This document shows, piece after piece, positions 57,788-64,000 of a DNA stretch of 64,000 nucleotides. Under the pieces are notes generated by a model. That model saw only the letters and a program-made list of their open reading frames with translations. It was not told the DNA's origin and did not search any database. The translations under genes were made by a program, and so were the position numbers. The stretch comes from Spirulina sp. Lineage in GTDB: Bacteria > Cyanobacteriota > Cyanobacteriia > Phormidesmidales > Phormidesmidaceae. The DNA is taken from NCBI GenBank assembly GCA_044070495.1, contig JBIPSI010000004.1:32001-96000 (forward strand). Direction: 5' to 3'. Position 1 is the first letter of the stretch. Each line of letters begins with the position of its first letter.

Positions 57788-58574
57788 TGCTGGCTAGGGT
57801 TGGGAGGGCCAGGGGCTTTTCCGGCAGGGGTTTTTCCTGGGGGCCACCGCAGATAGGACAGTCGGGATCGTGGTAGGTGCGGCGTTTGGCGAATTCGGCC
57901 CTGGCCAAATCCATGGTGAGAAGCTGGCCCAGCAGGGGTTCGCCCAGTCCGGTGATCAGCTTCACGGCTTCCAAGGCGGCGAGGCAGGCGAGGGTGCCCG
58001 ATACCGCCCCCAGTACCCCAAAGCCCCAGCGATCCCACTCCGGCTTTTCGGGGAAAAGACAGGATAAACAGGGGGTTTTGCCCGGAATAATGGTAGTTAG
58101 ATAGGCTTCCATGGCGTTCATGGCGGCTTCAACCATGGGCTTGCCAAATCGCACACAGGCGGCATTCAGCAAGTCCCGTTCTTTAAAGTCAAAGGCGCAA
58201 TCCAGGGCAATGTCCGCCCGCTGCACCAGGGTGTCAATGTTGTCCGCCGTGACGTAGTCGCATACCGCTTCGATCTCGATATCCGGGTTGAAAGCGGCTA
58301 GGGTTTCCTGGGCTTTAAACACCCTGGGTTGGCCCACCCAGGCATCGGTCATCAAAATCTGGCGGTTCATGTCGTCCCGCTGAAGGTTGCCCCCCCGCAC
58401 CAGGATCAACCGTCCCACCCCCGCCGCCGCCAGGTATAGCGCGGCAGTGCCCCCCAATCCACCGACCCCCGTCACCAGGGCCGTGGTGGCTTTCAGTCGC
58501 TCCTGCGCTTCCCGACCAAAGCCGGGGAGTTGCATTTGACGACGATAGCGTTCGAGTTCGGTGGGGGAGAGCAT
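57783..58574 (-). CDS. hesA: HesA (ThiF/MoeB family)
   Basis: ERYRRQM, GVGGLG, DDMNRQ, PCLSC, CPIC. Confidence 0.93.
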   Translation of the reverse strand: MLSPTELERYRRQMQLPGFGREAQERLKATTALVTGVGGLGGTAALYLAAAGVGRLILVRGGNLQRDDMNRQILMTDAWVGQPRVFKAQETLAAFNPDIEIEAVCDYVTADNIDTLVQRADIALDCAFDFKERDLLNAACVRFGKPMVEAAMNAMEAYLTTIIPGKTPCLSCLFPEKPEWDRWGFGVLGAVSGTLACLAALEAVKLITGLGEPLLGQLLTMDLARAEFAKRRTYHDPDCPICGGPQEKPLPEKPLALPTLASR

Positions 58575-58614
58575 GGGAACAAGGGGTTAGCAACTGGAAG
58601 GTGTTGTGGGGGTG

Positions 58615-58730
58615 GATCCCCCCTAGCCCCCCTTGGGAAGGGGGGAATAGAGGCTAGGGGGGAGGCAAAATCCTCGTGGAAAGGAATTGGGTTTCAAAGT
58701 CCCCCTTCTCAAGGGGGATTTAGGGGGATC
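58615..58730. repeat. Palindromic CCCCCTT/AAGGGGG cyanobacterial dispersed repeat (116 bp)
   Basis: GATCCCCCCTAGCCCCCCTTGGGAAGGGGGG ... TCCCCCTTCTCAAGGGGGATTTAGGGGGATC; related to 36037-36105. Confidence 0.75.
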
Positions 58731-58760
58731 CCCAGGAGCATGGACAAAGAAAGGCAAGCC

Positions 58761-59078
58761 CTACTCCATGGCGATTTCCGACATTAAAACGACGTTGCTG
58801 GGTCGTTGGTTGAAGACCTTAAACAGCTTTTCCGACTGGGGTGAGGAGGTTTGAAAGATGCTGTAGGCTTCCTGCAAAAATCCGCGATAACGGCTGAAGG
58901 TGGCATCATCGTCAAAGTCGGGCATCAGTGCGCCCCTTTCCCGCATTAGGTGGGCAAACTTTTGCAGAATATGTAGGCGATTAACGTTGAGAAAGCTGGG
59001 ATCGTAGGGCAGTTCAAAAAAGGCAAAATAGTCTTCGGCCTGGGTGATTTGGTTGAAGGCTTGGGTTTTAGTAGTCAT
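58761..59078 (-). CDS. nifW: Nitrogenase-stabilising protein NifW
   Basis: AEDYF.FF...YD...VNRLHIL.KF, KLFKVF. Confidence 0.93.
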   Translation of the reverse strand: MTTKTQAFNQITQAEDYFAFFELPYDPSFLNVNRLHILQKFAHLMRERGALMPDFDDDATFSRYRGFLQEAYSIFQTSSPQSEKLFKVFNQRPSNVVLMSEIAME

Positions 59079-59293
59079 TGGGCTTGCTCCAGAGTTTTCA
59101 ACTGTTGTCTGAGGTCGCGTAGTTGGCAGTAGATCTCGTAGGTACGAGCCGCAGCTTCGGGCAATAGGTCTAGGTCGGTGGGCAGTCCTTCGGCAATATC
59201 ATGGAGATCCATCTTGAGCTGACCCGCTTTACTATTTAGTTTTTTGATTTGGGTCTTCAGCTCGTCGATAGTGAGGGTTTCGGTGGTTAACAT
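59075..59293 (-). CDS. nif-associated Rop-like protein (DUF683/CCE_0567 family)
   Basis: KKLNSKAGQ.KMDLHD.AEGLP. Confidence 0.9.
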   Translation of the reverse strand: MLTTETLTIDELKTQIKKLNSKAGQLKMDLHDIAEGLPTDLDLLPEAAARTYEIYCQLRDLRQQLKTLEQAQ

Positions 59294-59383
59294 TTGAGTC
59301 GAGAATTGAGGGTGATGGCTAGGGCCGGGGTCGGGGCCGGGGTTGGGGCGCACAGCAGTGCGCCCGTACGGAGGATTGAGGGT

Positions 59384-59860
59384 TCACCACTGGCTAACTT
59401 CTGGGAATCGGGTGGCCAGTTCGAGCCCTTTTTCGACTAGGCGTTCTCCTTCTTCGTTGAGTTTTTCGAGGGAAACAAAGCCAAATCGTTGGGCATCGCG
59501 TAGGGTTTTAGATACCAGCAGTAGGCGGCCAGAAAACACCAGTGCCCAGCCAAATCCTTCGTGGCTAAGGTCAATCACCACCTGGGAGAGCATTCCCGTT
59601 TCCTGCTCAATCCGGTAGGCTACGGCTCGAAAAAAGGCTGTGATGCGGGATTGGGTAATGGGATCGACTGCGCCTTCCACGGAAATTTCCCGCTTTTGGG
59701 CTTTGGTGAGAATGTAGGGCTTCAGCAGTAATTCATCGGCCCAGTGGCGATAGGTGCCAAAGCTATCGTTGGCGCGAATTTGTTGCACAATGGCCTGTAA
59801 AAAGGGTGAATCAGCAACGGTTATCGTAGCAACTGGGGTAGGGGTTTCAGCGGTGCTCAT
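59384..59860 (-). CDS. NifX-associated nitrogen fixation protein (DUF269)
   Basis: RA.D.FG, HEGFG, GRL, LRDAQRFGF. Confidence 0.92.
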   Translation of the reverse strand: MSTAETPTPVATITVADSPFLQAIVQQIRANDSFGTYRHWADELLLKPYILTKAQKREISVEGAVDPITQSRITAFFRAVAYRIEQETGMLSQVVIDLSHEGFGWALVFSGRLLLVSKTLRDAQRFGFVSLEKLNEEGERLVEKGLELATRFPEVSQW

Positions 59861-60282
59861 ACGGTGACCTCCTCCTCAATTTCAAGGTAGGCTTCATCGA
59901 AACGGGGAGCTTGATCTTGCTGTAGTGCTTTACGCAGCCAGGGCGGAGGACTGCCTTGCAGAGTGTGCATCAGTTGACCCAAAATAGTCTCAATTTCTTC
60001 GTCTTCGGAATGGGATTTCATCGGGGTGATGCGCTTGCCAATTAACCGCGCTGCCGCACTACCGCCAATGTCGGCCACATAAACAATGGTGCAGCCCTTA
60101 AGCGCTTTCAGTTTGGCATCTATTTTGTCTTCGTTGCCGTCTTCTTTCAAATTGCCGCCAAACTTTAGCGTTTCTGAGAAGGTATAGGCATCGGCGGTTA
60201 GCTCATAGACATCCATGGTGCTGGCTGAGCCAAAGTGGGCGTTAATGTGAATTGAGTCTTTGGTAGCGAAGGCTATTTTCAT
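59857..60282 (-). CDS. nifX: FeMo-co carrier NifX
   Basis: MKIAFAT, NAHFG, EDGNEDK, IGGSAAA, PPPWLRKA; AAGGAG SD. Confidence 0.95.
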   Translation of the reverse strand: MKIAFATKDSIHINAHFGSASTMDVYELTADAYTFSETLKFGGNLKEDGNEDKIDAKLKALKGCTIVYVADIGGSAAARLIGKRITPMKSHSEDEEIETILGQLMHTLQGSPPPWLRKALQQDQAPRFDEAYLEIEEEVTV

Positions 60283-60367
60283 GGTGAATCTCCTTGGGAG
60301 GGTGGGGGAAGGTGTGAAGGTGTGAAGGTTGGGAGGTTGGGAGGGGAAAGGGTTGGGGGGGAGGTTT

Positions 60368-63163
60368 TTAGCCACTGCTTTCTCGCCACTGATGAACCAA
60401 TTTATCGGTGCGTTCTTCGTCGGCTTCGAGCAGAATGTTGCCGATGGCGAACAGCAGGTCTAGGGTGCCGCGATAGCCGACGGTGCAGCGGTGGCCGTTG
60501 CCTAGGTGTTCCAGCATGGGGAAGCCGTGTAGGTAGAGGGGGATGCCGAGGCGGCGGGCGATGGGGCGAGCTTTAGAGTTGGTGATCCAGAGGTCGGCAG
60601 TGGCGGCCAGATCCTCTAAGTCCTCAAAATCACCGATATAGGTTTGGGCGATGGGGAGATCCTTCAGCAGGGGTGAGGGGGCAGTGGTGACGGCGGCCTG
60701 GAGTTCGGCCCCGGTGCTGTGCAGCCACCAGGCGACGTTGTGCAGCAGGTCGGGTTCTAGGGCCAGCCCCACTTTTTTGCGGCCAAAGAAGAAGTGGGTG
60801 TCTAGCATGGCGTCTTGCACCTGGCGGCGTTGGCGCAGGTACTTGGCGGGGACGGGCTGTCCGCTGATTTGGGTCAATGCATATAACAAGTCATCCACCG
60901 CCCCCAGGCCCGTCAGTTGGGTGAAGGTTTGGGCTGGGGTGCCGAAGCGTTCGGTCAGAATTGCCGCCGCCTTGGCCATACTGCCGCCCAGGGCCAGGGT
61001 GAGGGCCGAGCGTCCTACGGCCTTGAGTTCCGCGACCGTGGTGCCTCCGGTGGCGGTGGTGTAGTGGTCGGCATCGTCCAGGTGGCCATCCAGCGAGGTG
61101 GAGAGGTCGGGTAGCACGATGGGGGTGAGGCCAAAGGCTTCGACAATTTCCTTCAGTTCCGCCACATCCCCAGGGCCAAGGGCGGCACTGGCCAGCAGGG
61201 TGATTTGCTTCGGGTTGATCTCCCCCGGTTCAGGCATGGTCTGCACCAGGCTTTCCACCGCCGCCGCAAAGCCGTCCTCCAAACTGCCCTTATAGTCTGG
61301 GGTGGAGGCAAAAACGATGGGCACCGTGACCTCCGGGTTGGCGGCGTGGAAGTCTCGCAGAATTCCCTGCATATCGTCGCCGCGAGTTTCCGTTAGCCCG
61401 GTAGTGAACAGCCCCACCAGTTCCGGCTGAGTGTTTTGAAGCACCGTCAAAATGCCTTGGTGGACGTTGTCATCGCCGCCCAGCACTGTACTCACCTCGC
61501 TCATGGCCGTGGTGGCCAGGGGAATTGCCTCCTGGAAGTGGTTCACCAGCAGCACCTTGGCAAAGGCCGTACACCCTTGGGAACCATGGAACAGCGGCAT
61601 CGCCCCCTGAATGCCCAAGAACGCCAGGGCCGCACCGAGGGGTTGGCTTTGCTTGAGAGGGTTGACGGCCACGGCCTTGCGGCGGGCGATGATTTTGGTG
61701 GGGTGGTGGGGTGGTGGGGTGGTGGGCTGCTCGGCCTCGCCATCTCCCCATCTCGCCATCTCACCACCTTCTGCCTTCTGCCTTCTGCCTTCTGCCTTCT
61801 CCCAAGGCGCTTCCCTTCTCACCTCGGCCCACACCGGACTATGCAGGGTTTCGTCCAGTTCCTTCGCCATTTCCAGCAGACCACCGTAGCCAGAATAGGG
61901 ATTGTGGCGTTCCTGGTTGATGTGCAGAAAAGGAATGCGGGCCTTGAGGGCGGTGTATTGGTTGCGGCCCCCGGCAATTAGCATATCGGCGTTGGTCTTT
62001 TCGATGACTTTTAACAGTTCCGCCGCGCCGCCTTTTTCCAGCATGATGCCCTCTTGACCCAGCAGGGTTTTGATGCGGGCTTTATCTTCTTCGGTGCTCT
62101 TTTTGCTGCTGGTGGCGACTACGGTAATACCCAAATCCTGAGCCGCCGAAATGATTGACCAACTCTTCACCCCCCCGGTATAGAGGACAACGCGCTTGCC
62201 CTGGAGTCGTTCCCGGTAGGGGGCCAATTGTTCGTTGAGTTTTTCTGTTTCTTCGGCAATCACCGCTTCTACTTTGGCCTGCATCGCTTCATCGCCAATT
62301 TTGGCGGCAATGGTGCGTAGGCAGTGGTTCATATCCGCCACACCGTAGAAGGATTCTTCGATGTAGGGAATGCCATAGCGCTCTTCCATTTTGTGGGCCA
62401 GATTGATCAGCGCCTTGGAGCAAATCATCACGTTCAGTTTGGCGCGATGGGCGTAGGCCACTTCCCGGTAGCGGGAATCACCCGTAATTTTAGATAGGAC
62501 TCGAATACCGACTTTCTCCAACAGCGGTAATACGCCCCACATTTCCCCAGCAATGTTGTACTCGCCAATTAAGTTGATGTCGTAGGGGGTGGTAAATTCT
62601 GGTTCTGCGGTGCCGATAACATGGTCTAAAAGGGCTTCCCCGGCTAGGCGATTACCGAGATTTTTGCTGCCTACAAAGCCAGGGGACTGAATCGGGACTA
62701 CGGGCAGGCTGAGGGTCTCGCTGGCAGCCTTGCATACGGCATCTAGGTCATCGCCAATTAGCGCCGTTACGCAGGTGGAATAGACAAATACAGCGGCGGG
62801 ATGGTAGCGTTCCTGCACATCCTGAATGGCCCTATAGAGCTTTTTCTCACCACCAAAAATAATGTCGTTTTCGCTGAGGTCGGTGGTAAATCCCATTTTG
62901 TAGAGGGTCTCACCCGACGATAAACTGCCCCGTCCCCCCCAGGAGTTGCCCGCACAGGCAATGGGGCCATGAACCAGGTGGGCCACATCGGTAATCGGCA
63001 CTAGGGCAATACTGGCTCCATCAAAGGCGCAACCACCCTGGGCGGCCCCCGGTTTGGCCTGTTGTTGGCACACCTTATTATGACCTTTGCCATTTTTTTT
63101 ATGGTTATGCTCACAACCCGGCTGGGTCAAAAGCTCGCTCATTTTGGCTTTGGTAGAAGACAT
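60368..63163 (-). CDS. nifEN: Fused FeMo-co scaffold NifEN
   Basis: NifE part (GGCAFDGA, YTGGVKSWS, NQERH) continues in frame into NifN part (NPLKQSQPLGA, HGSQGC). Confidence 0.95.
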   Translation of the reverse strand: MSSTKAKMSELLTQPGCEHNHKKNGKGHNKVCQQQAKPGAAQGGCAFDGASIALVPITDVAHLVHGPIACAGNSWGGRGSLSSGETLYKMGFTTDLSENDIIFGGEKKLYRAIQDVQERYHPAAVFVYSTCVTALIGDDLDAVCKAASETLSLPVVPIQSPGFVGSKNLGNRLAGEALLDHVIGTAEPEFTTPYDINLIGEYNIAGEMWGVLPLLEKVGIRVLSKITGDSRYREVAYAHRAKLNVMICSKALINLAHKMEERYGIPYIEESFYGVADMNHCLRTIAAKIGDEAMQAKVEAVIAEETEKLNEQLAPYRERLQGKRVVLYTGGVKSWSIISAAQDLGITVVATSSKKSTEEDKARIKTLLGQEGIMLEKGGAAELLKVIEKTNADMLIAGGRNQYTALKARIPFLHINQERHNPYSGYGGLLEMAKELDETLHSPVWAEVRREAPWEKAEGRRQKAEGGEMARWGDGEAEQPTTPPPHHPTKIIARRKAVAVNPLKQSQPLGAALAFLGIQGAMPLFHGSQGCTAFAKVLLVNHFQEAIPLATTAMSEVSTVLGGDDNVHQGILTVLQNTQPELVGLFTTGLTETRGDDMQGILRDFHAANPEVTVPIVFASTPDYKGSLEDGFAAAVESLVQTMPEPGEINPKQITLLASAALGPGDVAELKEIVEAFGLTPIVLPDLSTSLDGHLDDADHYTTATGGTTVAELKAVGRSALTLALGGSMAKAAAILTERFGTPAQTFTQLTGLGAVDDLLYALTQISGQPVPAKYLRQRRQVQDAMLDTHFFFGRKKVGLALEPDLLHNVAWWLHSTGAELQAAVTTAPSPLLKDLPIAQTYIGDFEDLEDLAATADLWITNSKARPIARRLGIPLYLHGFPMLEHLGNGHRCTVGYRGTLDLLFAIGNILLEADEERTDKLVHQWRESSG

Positions 63164-63200
63164 AGGAGTGAGGGGATGAGGGGTTGCGAAAAGAAAATCC

Positions 63201-63252
63201 GTAGGGTGCATAGCGCCAGGGCGAGGCTAGCGCCAACGCGAAGCAATGCACC
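63201..63252 (+). repeat. Family-B REP-like palindrome with 24-nt insertion
   Basis: Same arms as 25183-25210, with extra internal sequence containing TAGCGCCA twice. Confidence 0.7.
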
Positions 63253-63270
63253 ATTCCAGAAATCAAGCTA

Positions 63271-63603
63271 TCAACAGATATATTGGGTGACATCCTCACC
63301 ACACACATCCGTGAGGTAGGCCAAAGATCGAAAACGTAAACCCACAAATTCGTCATACAGCGGGTTGAGTTTGCACATCGCCGGAATATGGAATGTGCGA
63401 CCCAGAATGGTGACATCCCGCTCGAAGGGGCAACAGCAGGGAATGAGGCGACAAACTAGGTGGGCAAAGCGTCGGTTGGGGACTTCAAGGTTATCAATCC
63501 AGCGGCGCAGGGGAGTGAGAAGGCCAATTCCAGGAGGAGCGGGCAGGGCTTGGCCGTGGGTGTGATGATGCGAGGGATCGGGGGAGTGTAGGAGAGTAGC
63601 CAT
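63271..63603 (-). CDS. Mo-dependent nitrogenase C-terminal domain protein
   Basis: LRRW.D, C.LIP..CPFERD, IP.MCKLNPLY, LRF.SL.YL. Confidence 0.9.
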   Translation of the reverse strand: MATLLHSPDPSHHHTHGQALPAPPGIGLLTPLRRWIDNLEVPNRRFAHLVCRLIPCCCPFERDVTILGRTFHIPAMCKLNPLYDEFVGLRFRSLAYLTDVCGEDVTQYIC

Positions 63604-63713
63604 GGTGGAAATGTGCTGGGTGGGAAAGGCCAAGAACGGAGCTATTCTGGTTTTCCTCTTGCGGTGGAAGAGGAGTTCGAGACGAGGGTCAAGCGGTGAA
63701 AATAAAGGGGGAT

Positions 63714-63824
63714 GGTGGGCGGTGCCCACCCTACGGCTGTTGTATGGTTACTCGAAGTTCAACGGTTTAAAATTTCAACGGTTTACCAGGACGGTAGGTT
63801 GGGTGGCGCGAAGCAAAACCCAAC
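63714..63824. repeat. Two GTAG-type REP-like palindromes, back to back
   Basis: 63714-63734 reverse complement GTAGGGTGGGCACCGCCCACC; 63794-63824 GTAGGTTGGGTGGCGCGAAGCAAAACCCAAC. Confidence 0.65.
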
Positions 63825-63882
63825 AAGCAAGAATTAAGGGAAAAAGAAAAAGGAAAAATCAGAATCTAAGCCTCAGCATTCC

Positions 63883-64000
63883 TTACCACTTGGCTTGGGC
63901 AATGAGGGGAGCTAGTTCCTCAGCCTGTTCAAGTTCAATACTGAGACAACCTACAACCTGGTTGCTTTCTAGGAAATGAACTGAGTAAATATAGGCCCGT
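63883..64000 (-). CDS. nifZ: NifZ, C-terminal part (5' end outside window; not in ORF track)
   Basis: Manual translation RAYIYSVHFLESNQVVGCLSIELEQAEELAPLIAQAKW* matches the NifZ YIY.VHF....VVGC...EL motif. Confidence 0.8.
   Translation of the reverse strand, partial: RAYIYSVHFLESNQVVGCLSIELEQAEELAPLIAQAKW

Noticed and set aside
60368..64000. Excision element or recombinase interrupting nif genes
   Set aside because: nifEN and its neighbours are uninterrupted and no recombinase ORF is present in the window

Overview
This is a chromosomal window from a cyanobacterium (ndhH, vipp1, OCP1/FRP, group-2 sigma factor, Tic22-like gene, cyanobacterial nif genes). The nif gene order and GC-rich codon use suggest a non-heterocystous Leptolyngbya/Nodosilinea-like strain; this is inference. 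Most of the window is housekeeping, transport and signalling genes: prmC, a Na+/H+ antiporter, PAS-GGDEF-EAL, ndhH, vipp1, sugar and amino-acid ABC transporters, ffh, mscS, an LCP protein, sppA, tRNA-Pro, serS, a HelY-like helicase and a sigB-like gene. Two AT-richer inserts carry a 1424-aa FG-GAP/CARDB/metzincin protein and an orphan glycosyltransferase. The last 10.5 kb is the distal arm of a nitrogenase cluster on the minus strand: nifZ, a Mo-nitrogenase C-terminal-domain protein, fused nifEN, nifX, DUF269, DUF683, nifW, hesA, hesB and fdxH. It is extended by flavodoxin, a CBS-CP12 protein missing the canonical CP12 cysteines, a thiol-dioxygenase-like cupin and an ArsC/NifO protein. The strongest novelty candidate is the 767-aa PAS-like/GAF protein at 19997-22300. 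By eye, its C-terminal half aligns motif-for-motif with class III nucleotidyl cyclases but is split by a ~100-aa helical insertion. Other notable points: apparent absence of CGATCG (HIP1 core) and GGCGCC, a nifE-nifN linker built from short tandem repeats, a single-Cys AMDase-like/amidohydrolase pair behind ffh, several MITE/REP families (some nested), and candidate structured RNAs upstream of the sigma factor. All calls come from reading the sequence by eye; no searches were run.
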